A stretch of DNA of 63,855 nucleotides from Camelus dromedarius (GCF_036321535.1 NC_087444.1:46748146-46812000), one strand, 5' to 3'. Counted from the first letter of the stretch, positions 35,395 through 49,434 are shown. Notes: generated from the sequence alone by a model not told the origin. Numbers and translations are program-made.

Positions 35395-38300
35395 CTGTGG
35401 TAAACAGGAATGTAAAGTGTTAAAAAAAAAAAGGTGGGGGGAGTGGAAGGGGGATCACTTCAGAGACATTAAGCAGCTTTAAACATTGACAGCAGAAAGG
35501 GAAAATTTTTAAGCAATTTGGTCAGGTCAGTAAAAAGAAACACAGGTCAAAGAAACAAAATGGTACCCAAAAATTCTGCCCATTGATAAATGGCCATACT
35601 GCCTGTGGTTGGGTGCACAGGCAAAAGCCAAGCAACTAACTGTTGTGTGAAAACGAAAATATGCTCTCTTTGTGGTACTCTGACAATAAGTCACTTCAGC
35701 TGGGTGAGCGCTGGAGGCCCCCATCCTCCCTGAGTGCGCGGCTGGGGGAGACATTAATGAAAACAAAAGGGTCCATTTTCATTGTAACCATGCAGAAGGG
35801 TTAAGCATTTGACCTTCAAGTATGGTGTGCTTGTGCTCGGTGGAAAGGTTCTTGACAATATCAACAAGAATTACTGCTGTTCGAGAAAGGGGACACAATT
35901 AAAAACAATCTCAGATGCTTGTTGTACAGCTGTTCAAGTTTCAGCTCTGCCTGACCTCTAAGGATGCTACATGTTTAACGGAAACAATTTAAGATATTTT
36001 AGTGAGTCCCGTAACCATTCACCATCACCATCCTTCCACTTGGGAGTACCTTGCCTTAACCACAAAGGGCTTTTCCAGTAATGAGATTTTACGCTGCGGG
36101 GTTTACCCTTAGAGCCATTTGCCCCCGCCTCAATCTGTCCTCCACTTGCTATCTGACCACCCTGAGAAGAAACCACAGGCCAGATCTTACAGGGGACTTG
36201 GCAGGAGGCCAGAATGTTTGACTTCAGAGAACCCAATTCTTTGAAAATAGTAGGGTGGTTTTCTTTTTTTTAAAGCAAAATCTTATCATACTTTACTTTC
36301 CAAAAAAGATGTTACTGAAGAAAAGTTTTTCTTCTGTTAAGCGCTAATTTATCTGAAAAGTACTTTTCTTTATTTGAACAAATATCACTTATTTTGCACT
36401 CACTTATTTCCAATCTGCGCAAGAGGAAGCCCTGAGATGTCCCCAACAAAGAAACAGGTAAAGAAAAAACAAAGAACACAAGCATTTTTTTCTGAGACAG
36501 CTGAGAAGACGGTCTTAAAAGAAACAGAAATTCTGAGGTAAAAGACTAACTCCTTTGTCTCAGCTGAGGGAAACCACTGTCTTCCTGCTGTTTGATCTTC
36601 TTAGAGTCAGCAAAAGGCTCTGAGACTCTTCCACAAATAAGAGGGTCCCTGGCAAGTGACAGTGGGAAGTTGCTGTCCACCAGTGGGCCGGGACAAGGCT
36701 GGAAAGACGGGGGCTCAAGTCAGGGCCTACCACAGCCTTTAAAGGCACAAACCATAGCAGCCTGCTCCAGATTTGAAGAGGTGAGACGTCCCACTTCTCG
36801 AGAAGAAAGGAAATCCTAAGGAGGTGAAACAAAGGGAAGAGACAGGCCAAATCTCGTACAGAGCGGGGGCATGGGGAAAGTTTTGTTTGTCAAACACACT
36901 TTAATCTCTAGAGTCACCAGGGCTTTGATGTTGCCCCAAACAGAAAATCTACATGGCTTGTGAGATTTACAGCATTTCTAGTGGGAACAGTTTCATGCTC
37001 CAGGGTTTTTCCTTTGGAGATTAAGGTTTATTTTATCCCTGTGTTCCCTGTGTCGGATTGTAAGAGGCTCATCAGAGACAAGGACATTCTCCTGCCCTCT
37101 GACTCATCAGATACACCCAACTTTTATTCATCAAATCAGGTTCGTTTTCAGGGAACAAAGCTGCTGGAGAGGATCCAAACTGTGGGGTAATCACTGTCAT
37201 TCTGACAAGACAGAAGTGTTTCTCTTGCAAAGAGTCAGCTCCTAAGAGAGATCACAAAAAAAGGGGGGGACTTAAACATGGCTGTGCTAATCTCTGTATT
37301 ATAAAAGACCACACAATTCATTTCTTAAGTTGAAATGAGGAGAAGCAAAGTAGATGGGAAAAGAAACAAATCATCACCTCGGCCCGTACATCGAGGCAAG
37401 CCCACCGCAAACCCTGGTGCGCAAACAGTGGTAAGTCACGTAGAACAGAAGGGGTTTAAAAGGGCCACGTGAGGTACAGTTAGTTCACTGGAAGGAGCTC
37501 TGAGCATTTCCATGAACTTGCCTTTCTTTAAGCTGGATCTCATTCTCCTGACCTAAAAGTGAGATCTCATCTGCAATGACAGAACTTTACAATGTCCTAG
37601 GCCACGAAGCTGGCAGTAAATTTCAACTGGATCACACATCATACTTGATCAATTCCAGCTCGACTCAGGAGAAGGACTGATAGGATCACAGAACGACTCT
37701 GCCTCCGTGTTGAGATGTCTTCCTTCCATCAAGGCACTGTCGCCAACGTTTGGACCCATGAGCAGGTCATTTCCTGGTTCTCAACCCTCCCCTCTATCAA
37801 CTAAAGGTTCTACCCTCCACATTCTGTGTGTCTGATTTAGTCTGGTGGTGATGATTCTTTTGCCTGGGCAAGCCAGGATCATTCGCTTTTGCCAAAACAG
37901 AAGGCAAAATACAAAAAGGAATCCGCCGCACACTCCCTAAATGCACGGGTTTAACAGAAAAGAAGTGTATTCCCACTTCGAGGAATGGGACACGTAAACA
38001 GGCCCCTTGGGTATCTTATTCATAACGATGCTAATGGAAGACACTCCTTTCCCACTCCAGTATGTCGATGCATCTCTGAAGTCCTAACACACAAAACCAC
38101 AGAAAACACCAGGGAGGGGGCAGAGACTTGTCTAACAGCAGCACGTGATCGGCAGAGGCTAGAGTATAACCCAGGTGTCCTGGCTTCTGGCTGCACCACC
38201 TTCTAGAGGTTGCCACTTGAGGTTGCCTTTGGACACACATAATTGTAAGTGTGGTTTTACTCAAAGTTGCTACAATTTGATCCTTCTCCTGGTACCCCCA

Positions 38301-38959
38301 GCTACACTCTAATAATACCCAACCATTTTCCTTGCCTTTTCCAAAACACACACTTCTGCAATAACGAAGGCATGTTTGTCCCTTTGGGGGTCAGTTTCTT
38401 CCGTGCAATTTGCAACCAAACACACCTTGGATTTTAAGAGAGCGATCCTGTATTGATTTTTCATTTTGCGCACCAAATACTGCCCCACCTTTATAGCTGA
38501 TAGACAGCATTAACAGTTTCCTTGGCCTTAGAGACCAAATTAATAACACAATCAACAATCTGGTTTTTTATGCCACAGAGTTCAATGTTCGTTTGCAACA
38601 TAAGTTACAAAAGCCACAGCCAGTGCCCAGTGCAATTTTGGAGATGAACTGCTAACTTGCCTCTCGTTTGTGATTTAATACAACAGTGGTTTTTGCAAAT
38701 TAAAATGCTTATGGCTTTAAGTCAGCATTTATTTAGTCAACTACCAGACAACTGAATGTCTACAGGCAGATTGCTGGAGGAACTCAGAAGAAAGCTAACC
38801 GCGATGTCCCCATCTGGTTAAAACATGACTCTTCTCACACCCCTCAAGTGGACCTATAAACATCCCTGGTGGACGGAACTGCTCTGAAAAACTTCCTCTC
38901 AGGTCAGATCACAACAATGTGCAGATAGGTCCATCTGTCTTCTTCCTTGTCCTTCTGTC

Positions 38960-40360
38960 CTTAATGACCTACTGGAACTTTTCACACTCAATTCAAAAGC
39001 AGTGTTGCCCTTGACCCCACTGACTTCTCCACAGGGCTGGACACCATACATCTCCTTCAGTTCCATCACCTACTCCTGGTTTTCCCTGGACCTCTCTGAC
39101 TGCCGTCTCCCGTTGTTTCAGTGGCTCTCCTGTGCTCATCCTTGACGGTGGATCACCCCACACGCCATCTGCGATGCCCTTGGCTCTTTCACATATTCTC
39201 TCTCACTCACTTCGGCTACGTCTCCATGTAGATGGCGGCCAGACGGTAAGTGCTCTCAAGCACGGATGAACATCCAAGAGAACACGGCCCGGCACATGAG
39301 TCACGGAAGGGACGCTCACTGAAGACGTGAATCCAACTTCCACATCTCCACCCGGCTCTGACATCCCTACCAAGCTCCTGATCAGATTTCCAGGTCTTCT
39401 TAGGTACTCTACTGGCTCCTCAAACTCAATACGGCCCTAAACGTCCTCCTCTTCTGTTCCTCTCAGCATGGTCAATGGTATCACCATCCATCCAGTAACT
39501 AAGACTAGATTCCTGTATAACCACCTGTGACTCCTCCTCATCTCTCACCCCTAACACCCAATTAGGAAGTTCTCTGAACCTCTTGAAAAACAAAGCAAAA
39601 TTCTGGAATTCACCCCTTCTTCTTATTCTATTACCGCCCTGGTTCACAAGCTCATCATTGCTCACCAGAACACCTGCAATAGGTCTTCGTGTCCCCAGCC
39701 TCTCCTCTGTCCAATCTGTCCACTGTGCTGCTGCCCATTACAATTTGGAAAAACTGATCTGACTGTACCACTTTCCTATTCAAACATCTTTGAAACCAAC
39801 CCCCACCATGATCTCCAAGGTAAAGGCCAAATTTCTCAGCACGCCCAAGGCGCTTCATAAGTTGGCCCCACACTCTTCTCAGTCGATCTCTAGCTCCTAA
39901 TGCCTGCCCCTTCTCTCTTCCACTCCTCCCCGAACAGGTACCGAAGCACTGGTTACAAGGCACTGTGTCGTGTCTATGAGCCTGGCCGAGTATTCCAGAG
40001 CTGTGCCCTCGTGCCTGCTGTGGGTCCTGCCTGACGGGGGTGGGGGGCTATCCTTCCTCTTCACCTGCGAAAACTCTGCCTATTAAAAGTCAGTTCACTC
40101 TTCAAGGTACAATTAAAAGGCACCTCCTCTTCCACGAAGCCTTCCCCAGCTTTCTCAGTCTGGCACATGTCCCTGGGGCACTCTCACTCCATTTCGTCTC
40201 TGCCTCTCCTTTGACATTCCGCATCGGGCTTCATTTATGTGTCTGTTTCTCTAACATGCGTGTAAGCTCCACGGTCTAGCAACTCTCCATTTTCTCCAAC
40301 ACTTGACACATTATATCTTAAAAAAAAAAAAAAGTTCAGTATCTGCTGGACTGATTAAAG
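38960..40360 (+). mobile_element. Long L2 remnant with small internal insertion
   Basis: tcaatggtatcaccatccatccagt; ctgaccactttcc-like segment; aggcacctcctcttccacgaagccttccc; tgtgtctgtttctc...gtaagctcc. Confidence 0.75.
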
Positions 40361-41689
40361 TCTTTCCTGGATTCTGTGCCCCTCTAGTAGATGCCAGCTG
40401 AATACACAACGTACTTTGTCAAAAGGTTTCGTGGACTCTGCTAGAAGAGGACAGCACAGAAGGAAACGGCCATCTGGGCACCATCCCAGACCAGCCGGTC
40501 AAAGCAACAGGGATGCGGGGCTCTCCAGGAACGATGCTGAGTTATCTTAATTTCAGCCCATAGAGAAAACACACGGATACTCTCTTGGGGGCTCAAAGGT
40601 TATCACATTTCTCCCTCGTGCTCAAGACATGTTTATAAACACAGAAGGCTATAATAAAACTCACATGAGAGACAAAACTCAACTTCAGCAAGTGTTTACA
40701 TTCTAATCAGGACAACAAATCACTTCTCACCAGGAGATTCCAACTCAGTCAGCATGAGGATTCTTGTACCTGTGCCAAGAATACCCTGGGCCAGAGAACC
40801 TCCTGGTGCCTTCAAGCTAGACAGTGTCTCTGGGCATCAATGCAAGAAGAATAAGAAGGAACAGCATCTAAATAAGGGACACATCTGAAACCGCTGTCCA
40901 GATTCTGCATGGCTCCCAGGTGCCAAAATATATGGGCTCTTGATGTCTTCTGAGTTGTCACATGACTCTCAACCTAGTCAAGTATGGGCAGTCCCAGGGA
41001 CGATGGTTCCTGACCTTCCTGCCATGAAAAGGATGGTGGCCAAGGTTCCTGGGGCTGCTTATGTCCAGGAAGGGAGAGAAAAATGTGACCACCCCAGGAA
41101 CCCTGGCCTTTCTTAAAGTCTAAGGTGAATGACGTTTGGAAGATGCTGAAATGAGGAAAGGAACATTACAGAGGGTTTAACTGAGGTTCAACCAGCAGCA
41201 CCTTGTCCTCTGTTTATCCTCCTCAATTCGCCCATCTGCTCAAAACTGGTTGAGGATTGGACAGCGGCTTCACCGTGAGGCTGATCTGGAATGGTTGTAC
41301 ATTTTGGACTTGCCTCTCACAGAGAAAATTTGACAAAAGCTATCTTATTATTGCAGAGAACAGTACCCAAATTAATACAATGGAGTTGGCTTGTATTCCA
41401 ATAATTGGAAGGAATCTGTACAAAGAAACTGCCAGGCCATTCACATTCTATTTTACAATATGATCAACAATTCCCAGTTCTTTGTCAAGGGATGGTTAAT
41501 GAGATTCACAAATTAATTCCCCAAAATCACTTCAGCCATTTTAATGCCTCTAGCAGCCCTGGCTCGTCATGAAACAGACACGTGCTCCCAAATTCTATCT
41601 GCCATAAATACTCAGTGCCTCCAGGATAAAGCCTGAGCGTCCAGGCATGGCCTACGTGGGGGTGACAGGAAAGGGGAGCACAGGGCCCA

Positions 41690-42280
41690 GACTAGCTGGG
41701 CAGGTCAAGGGAGTGTTTCCTGAGGAAGTGACAAATTGATCTGAGATCTGAAAACTGATTAGAAACCATCTATATCTATGTTTGGTGAGAGAAGACATTG
41801 CAGGAAGAGGAAACAATGTGTGCAAAGGACTCAAAGAAAAGGGAGCAAGGTGCATTGGATTCGTTGAGAAAATGCCAACCTGGAGAGCGAAGAGGCTGGA
41901 GGGAAGGTAAGGTGGGAGAGGAGGGGCTGAGGATAAGACATTTTCATCTTTACCCTAAGAGCAACCCGAACCCATGAACAGTTTACATAGGAAGGGGCAC
42001 GATTTGATTTGCGCTGGGAAACACTGCCCGGAGTGCCTTGTAAAGCACACAGGAGACCAGACAGCAGCTAGGGGAGCGATGATGGTGTCCTGGGCCAGCC
42101 TCGTAGCAGCAGAGATGTGAACAAGTGGATATTTCAGGTGTGAGAAGTTCTCAGATTGGATATGTTGGGTGGGAAGGGGGAAGTCTCAGGGATGATTCCT
42201 TGACTTCTTGCGTGAACAAAAGGGGTACCATTTCCTGAGTTAGAGAACGCTGGAAGGAGATGAGCTCTTGGGGACAGCCA
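41690..42280 (-). mobile_element. L2 remnant
   Basis: ttcctgaggaagtgaca..ttgatctgagatctgaa; caggaagaggaaacaatgtgtgcaaagg; gatgatggtgtcctgggcc. Confidence 0.75.
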
Positions 42281-42726
42281 GCCCCACTTCAGCTTGACTA
42301 TCACATGCATTTCCCGGCCACTACCATTTTGCATGCCACTTCCTCCATGGGAAATGTCTACCCCCTTCCCATCCCCAGTACCATCTGCCAGAGTTCTCCC
42401 CATTCTATAAAGACTCAATTCAGAAGTCCCTGCTACCCAAGAAACCTTCTAAAATCACTACTAGCCATCCAGATGTACCCACCATCTTCCAAGCTTTCAT
42501 AGTTTTGTCTGTACCTTTGATCAACATCCTTGTCCACCTGATTTATGAATTACAAAGGTAGCTGTTCCCCTCCTGAGTCCTCCACAGATTTTAGGAAACG
42601 CAGCAGGCACTCAGTACATTTATATTGGTTTAAACTGAGAGAGCTCTCCTGCTAATTTGCTCGTATGTTCACGTATTCATCCGTTCACTCAAATCTAATT
42701 TGGTGAGAGGTCAGATACCTGTTGAA

Positions 42727-42915
42727 CAGCAGTTCTCAGCCCTGAACACATATCAGAATCACCTGTGAGGCTTTTCCACCCACTGCAACTTGGCACTACA
42801 CTGGAATCAACTGGGCGCCACAGGTGAGACCAATTAAATTAGTATGCCTGGAGATGGAACTCACGTGATACTTTTTAAAAGTTAATCTTAGATATAGCCA
42901 AGATTGAAAGTGATA
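42727..42915 (+). mobile_element. MER5-family hAT MITE
   Basis: cagcagttctcagccctgaacacatatcagaatcacctg ... caattaaattag. Confidence 0.65.
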
Positions 42916-43994
42916 GCGTCTGAAATCAAGTTCCTAGAGATGATGCTGGTGTCTTTAAAAAGTTGCCCAGATGCCTCTCATATACAACTTAACGCTGAAT
43001 GCCTCGAATGCAGAGAAATCATATTCCAGACAAGGCTGAAAAGATAAGATTTCTGCAGCTGGTAATAGACAATCACTGAATATCTTTAAACAAGGGAGTT
43101 TGTTAAATGGATTGAACTAAGACGAAGGGACAGCAGGCCATTCCACAAATATCACATACAAAGCACCACAGGCATAAAAAGAGGCAACTCGGAGAGAGCC
43201 TGTACCCACAAAGCTGCATTCGGTTACTTACAACCAAAGAATCCTGACAGATTGAGAGGTTTCAGCAAGGAACCCTCCTGTTTCCTGGGCTGGTAAATGT
43301 AGGAAATCGTTCTTTCACCATGGACCTGTCTGCCAAATCAGCTGAACCAGTCCAGGTGGTGAGAGCAGTTACTCTGACATCCTGTGATGTCATTACGTAG
43401 TGGAATTGAGTTTTATATGGGAAGTAGATGACCCTTTACCCTGCCGAGTCGTACAGCCCAACGCTATAGCTGCTGTTGTCAATGGAAGGTGAAGGGGAGG
43501 GGGGTCTCCCTGCCCCTGGAAACTCGGCATGTTGCCCGATTTTCTGTTTAAAGTTACATTCCTGTTGGAGTCTATTCCAGTCTGAGCTTCAGCTGTTGTG
43601 TTCCACTATGAGGAGCCTCCCTGGCCTATCCTACTTACCTTTATTCTTCCCCCACCTTCATTGGCATCATTGGGTCATCACTGGGTCATTGAAACAGTGA
43701 CATTGTCTGTTCTGGGCCTTTTTCTGCTTGGCCATGGAACTGTGAGTTCAGGCCCTTCCTCTGCACACACAGTTCCTAGGTAAGAGTACTCCCCACTTCG
43801 GGGAGGATTGAGATGACTGTGGAGTGGTAGGGATTTTATTTAAAGCAAGGATGAAGGGGTTGGAGAGCTTTCCTTTGACCTCTCTGTAAACTTGTGTTGA
43901 CAGACTCTAATTCTCAGGAGTTGGGTGGGGACCCCTCTACCACTCTGGGCCCAGCTGGATCACATCTCTTGCTGTGTTATCTCTTGCTAGGCTG

Positions 43995-44085
43995 CAAAGC
44001 TCAGCTCTGTCACCCACTACTTCTGTGACCTTAACAAAGTCACTTAACCTCTCTGAGCCTCAGTTTCTTCCTATGCAAAACAGGA
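43995..44085 (+). mobile_element. MIR core
   Basis: tgtgaccttaacaaagtcacttaacctctctgagcctcagtttcttc. Confidence 0.85.
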
Positions 44086-44502
44086 ACCACTCCTCACTAA
44101 TCATATCTGAAAAAAGTCAAAAAGTCTATTAATGAACTGCACTGGTGAGGATGCGGAGAAAGCAGGCACTGCCTCACATAAACGCTACGTGTGAATCCAT
44201 ATACGTGTACATAAATACACACACACATATAAACTCTGCCACAGACTCTATCTCTGGAAGGCAATTTGACCATTTCTCTTAAAATTAAAGATGCACATAG
44301 TCTTTGATCCAACAGTTCTACTCCTAGGTATCACCACAAATATTATATGTGAAANNNNNNNNNNNNNNNNNNNNNNNNNNNNNNNNNNNNNNNNNNNNNN
44401 NNNNNNNNNNNNNNNNNNNNNNNNNNNNNNNNNNNNNNNNNNNNNNNNNNNNNNNNNNNNNNNNNNNNNNNNNNNNNNNNNNNNNNNNNNNNNNNNNNNN
44501 NN

Positions 44503-44917
44503 CATTCTAAGAGAAGTAAGCCAGAAAGAGAAAGAAAAATACCATATGAGATTGCTCATATGTGGAATCTAAAAAAAAAAAAAAAAAAAAGAGACAGATG
44601 AACTTACTTATAAAACAGAAATAGACTCACAGACGTAGAAAACAAACATATGGTTACCAGCAGGAAAGGGGGTAGGAAGGGATAAATTGAGAGTTTGAGA
44701 TTTACAGATACTTACTGGTGTATATAAAATAGATAAACAAGTTTATACTGTATAGCACAGGGAACTATATTTGATATCTTGTAGTAGCTTACAGTGAAAA
44801 AGAATATAGAAACGAATATATGTATATTCATGTATGACTGAAGCATTGTGTTGTATACCAGAAATTGACACAACATTGTAAACTGACTATACTTCAATTA
44901 AAAAAAAACAAAAAAAA
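44503..44917 (+). mobile_element. Young camelid L1 3' end (5' part under N-run)
   Basis: ILREVSQKEKEKYHMRLLICGI (ORF2 C-terminus), then 3'UTR ...ccagaaattgacacaacattgtaaactgactatacttcaatt + polyA. Confidence 0.93.
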
Positions 44918-44926
44918 CCTTATGTA

Positions 44927-45394
44927 CAGACAGACGTCATTTTACTGCACTTCATTTTACTGCATTTTGCCGATATTGGCATTTTTAACAAATTAAAGGT
45001 TTGTGCCAATCCTACATCAAGTATCCAATAGCACTTGCTCACTTTGCGTCTCTGTGGCACGTTTTGGTGATTCTCGCAATATTTCAAACTTTTCCATTAT
45101 TATCGTATTTGTTATGGTGATCTGCGATCTTTGATGTTACTACTGCAAAAATATTATGACTAACCAAGGGTCAGATGATGGTCAGCAGTTTNNNNNNNNN
45201 NNNNNNNNNNNNNNNNNNNNNNNNNNNNNNNNNNNNNNNNNNNNNNNNNNNNNNNNNNNNNNNNNNNNNNNNNNNNNNNNNNNNNNNNNNNNNNNNNNNN
45301 NNNNNNNNNNNNNNNNNNNNNNNNNNNNNNNNNNNNNTCTCATTTTATTGCAGTGGTCTAGAATCGAGCCCATAATATCTCTAAGGTATGCCTA
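44927..45394 (+). mobile_element. Internally deleted Tigger1 (Tigger1a_Art-like)
   Basis: TA|cagacagacgtcattttactgc 5' TIR region; gatctttgatgttactactg joined directly to caaaaatattatgac; 3' end atatctctaaggtatgccta|TA. Confidence 0.85.
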
Positions 45395-47589
45395 TATTAG
45401 GATATTCATTATAACATTATTTGTAAAATCAGAAGACTAAAGACAGTAGGAGACTTGTTAAATATATTATGAAACCATACAATGAAAACTATGCAGTCAT
45501 TTGAATAAATGTACAAATATGAAAAGGTCTCTAACATACAGTGTTTACTGAATCAGAAAAACAGCACATATAAGTAAGAGTACAGAATATCTCTGGAAAG
45601 GCACATAAAGAAATTGCGAATAGGGCAAACCTTTGGGGAAGGGAGATGGGTGGCTGGGAGAGTGAGTAAGGGGACAGTCTGACCTTGCCCTGTATATGCT
45701 TTTATACTTTTTGAATTCTGCACCGTGTGTGTGTGTCAGCGAATAGTCCTGGGAGAGCTGATCTGAAAGACCTAGCTCAGGTCACAAGCTCATGAAGGAG
45801 CCAGACTAAGGCAATGCACCTCCCGCTGTAGCCGCTAAAGGAAGCTGGTCCCTCAGAGAACATCCAGAGGCTGTGAAGGAGGATCGGATGCTGGATGAAC
45901 AGAGACAACTGTCCAGCTCAGCATGAAAGAGCCTAATGTTGATATGCCAGGCCCAGACACAGGGCACAGGAAAGACCCCAGAGAAACATTCATTTCATAT
46001 TTTGCCTCTAGCATCCAACTGAAAGGTGGTGAATACATCAGAGAAGGCACAGTCACTGGGAGACTTAGGGAATGGTGGAAAATACTGAACTGGGAATTGG
46101 GAAATTTGGGTTCTCTGTCCACCAGTATTTGGCTCTGTTGCCCCCAGACAAGCATTTGTACCTTCGGGGCCCTTCCTTTGCCAAAAGGAAAAGAATGTGG
46201 TGACCACATTTCAACTCTGATGTTCCAGGATTGCACGGCAGCTGGACCTCAGCTTGTCGGAGCCTAGCACTGGGGGTACCACTGGTACAGTCAATAAATA
46301 AGGAGCCCGGGACAAATGCCCCATTTCGCTGGCATTGTGAGGAATAGAGATAACAAAGGAGAAGGCATTCTAAAAAGCACGAAGTGTATAGTTCTCCAGG
46401 GAAGCACCACCTGGGTGTGACTCTCTCATAAGGTTCTCCGGCAACATGAAACAGTAGCCCCATAATATCACGTCTCCATCTCACTAATAAAGGAGGTAGC
46501 CTCGAACAGAGTCAAAGCAAAGGCAATCTTGCAGAAGCCCGTGTGTGAAGAGCGAACTCACAGAGAGTTATTAATCACTCAAGAATTAACACCTTGTGCC
46601 TTGGAAGTAATAAAACCAGTCACCAGAGAATGATAACATCACCTAGAGGGAAGAAGCGAGCGTCCAGCAGAAATCTATACATAAATGTGAGAGAGACCAG
46701 GATGCACAGCCACCACTTACATTCCGAGCACTCCCTCAGCCTCGTAAGTGGTGTGACTGACGTGCCAAAGCGCAACGGCAAGTCCAGGACGGCGTGGAGG
46801 GCACAACCGCTGAGGCGAGGCTGTTAGCCAAAGGATGGGGAGACACGCATGGGAAAGAAAATGCTCTTTTTCAGTAGCGGAAATGACAGATTCCTACACC
46901 TGCTATCCTGAACCAAACCAAGTAACTCATGAATGATACTTTGGCTATATTTCAAAGTACTTTAATGCAAGTTCTGAAGTCCTCAAGACTGTCGCCTCTA
47001 CAAGAGGCAGTGGAGATGTCACTTCCTCCAAACCACAATTCCAACATCCACAATTCCACAAAAACAAACAAACAGAAAGAACAAAGACTAGATCTAACTT
47101 TCCTAAACACGGAAGAGAATCCCAAGTGGTTCACACAAGGGAAGACTTGCCTCTGACCAAAGTCCAAAATTATTAGGCTGCTATTCAATTTTTTGAGAGG
47201 AAAAAAAAAAAAGACCTTTATCAGAAAATGCCACAACTCACTTCTAATTCTCCTAAAAATGTAGTGCTGCTTTTTGGCTGCAGTCAGGAGGTAGACAGGT
47301 CTTGAGGTTAGTGTAAATGATCCAATCTGGGACTGTTTCCCAAGTGAGATCTCAGCAAGTGCGAAGTCATAAGGCGGTTTCGTTTTATTTTCAGTTGTGC
47401 CTGTTTAGCACTCTGCTTCCTCTGACTTTGAGAGGAAGCCAGTCACTAAGGGGTAAAGGTGCTGCACCTTCCAGAGAAACGCATCAGAAAAAGGAGGTCC
47501 TTGCCAGTCTTCCTCATCTGCTCTCTCCCTCCTGGACGCACCAAAGCACACTCCCTCCGGTCCAAACAAGTTTGTGAGCAGATTTCCCA

Positions 47590-47635
47590 CCGCCATGTCT
47601 CGGCTCCCGCCATGTCTCAGCTCCCGCCATCTCGG
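47590..47635. repeat. 17-bp minisatellite, ~2.7 copies
   Basis: ccgccatgtctcggctc / ccgccatgtctcagctc / ccgccatctcgg. Confidence 0.85.
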
Positions 47636-49434
47636 AACACCCTCCACCCGGCTCAAGCTCTCAAAATCCTTTGTATTCCCGAAGGCCCCCATCAGAACCC
47701 ACTTTTCTCCTTTGTTTTTCCTCCCCCTGGATTTCTTACTGCCTTGTGCCTTCTCGACCTGGGAGACCTGAGTCCTCGCTTTCTGTGTAACTTCACCCCG
47801 TGGGCACAAAGTGGAGCAGATGAATGAGTAAATGACTGGGACAAAGAAAAAACATTTCTCTTTCACTCTTTGAAAAGCATTTTCAAATATAGCATCACTG
47901 TCCAGTTTTCTGAGGTATCTTTCCTAAAAATATCTCAGCATGGAGTATAATAGGGACTAAAATGCAAAAAGGGGAAGATGCTGAATTTTCAGATTTAAAA
48001 GGTAGAAACTGTGTCTTTGCGTGTTGCCCTGTTAATGAGAACATTTGACTGCACTGCCACGTTCTTCAGACCACTCGATAAAAAGGCCAGGTCCTCTCAC
48101 AGCTCTTGTTTGCCCTCAAAAATATAATCAAGGCTATTCCAGTCAAGACAGAAAACAACACTGCATAATTAACTGAAATAATTACGGCAGATTCTTTCTC
48201 CCATTAAAGAAAAAAAAATTAAAAGATCCCAGCAGGCCATCCTGTGCTGCATATGCCTGGCTATGTGGACACCATCTATATTTACTCTGGCTTGAGATGA
48301 GGAGATGGAACACTCCAGAACAACCAGTAAGAAGACTGGGCATCAGCGGCAAACAAAATTAGCAAAGGAGGAAGGAGGAGCGGGGAGTCTTCAGCTCCCC
48401 AATGGCATTCACCCCAAAAGCCTCACCCAAGGAGCCAAGTCAGCCTCATGGACTTGGCAACAGCAGCTCTGCTGCTTATAAAATTATGTCCAAACTTTCC
48501 CCTTTGTTCTAGCAAAAGACTTCCTGTGAGAAAGCAGTAATCCTTTAAAGCTTTCCAGTCCAAAGGTCTCTCCTGGTTTGTATTCCCTGCATCCCCAGCC
48601 CCAGGGGAAAAGCTCATCACATCACAAGGCGTTTCTCGGTTCCAAGCCGTACTGGGTCTCAAGGACTCCTGGTGAGGAGAGAAAACTGGTCATCTGAACA
48701 TCCTTTCCTGGGATCTGTCTGAAGTGTAGACAAGCATCAAAGATGAATATTAATATGCCTTCCATCATCAAAAGCGATTGCATACCCAAAGGATGATAAA
48801 TATTTTAATCAGTTTTCAGCTTGTCTAGCGGAAGTCAGTTTACTCCTCAGAGATTTCCCTGGTTCTGTGCCCCAAACCTGTCCAGTCCGAGCTGCCTTCC
48901 CTCTCAAACTTGGGAAATTAATCATAAACAGTCCAAGCTTTGTTGGAGAACTCATTGAATTTTATGACAATTTTACTGTATTAAGTTTTTCAAGAACAGG
49001 GAAATCTAAAAACACGAAGGATGCCAACAAATGAGACAAAACCACCACGATTCTGAGTTTTAGCAGCACTGCTACTCGGAGAAACTTAATAACCTACTTA
49101 CGTCTCTCATTTGGAAAAAAAAGTTTTCCTATTTGCATAAGTTGTTCACCAGTGATTGCTCCATCTTCTCAGCGTAAATGCCAAAGGCATAAAACAGGAC
49201 CCTCTCGCGCATCCTCTGTGCTCTTGACCGTCTTAGGATTTTTAATGAGAAAGATGTTTTAGGGGGCATTGCTGGGAGGGTCATGTTTGTTTAAAAATAA
49301 AACTAACCCCAAAATATTCCTGTGAGGCAGGGCCTAAGGTTTGAGGAAAATGCACAGTTAGAAAGAATACATTGAAGGTCGTGCTGTTTAGCCTGCGTGT
49401 GAGGAAATAGCAGGGCTGGAACCCTGACCAAACA

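Larger units (their letters stand above)
44110..45730 (+). mobile_element. Old L1 (L1ME-like) split into 44110-44354 and ~45397-45730 by two later insertions
   Basis: ctggtgaggatgcggagaaa...gatgcacatagtctttgatccaacag; resumes aggatattcattataacattatttgtaa ... tttatactttttgaattctgcaccgtgtg. Confidence 0.65.

Noticed and set aside
36404-36431. 28-nt minus-strand micro-exon
   Set aside because: Weak donor context (TAA|gtgagt), interrupted pyrimidine tract, not frame-preserving.
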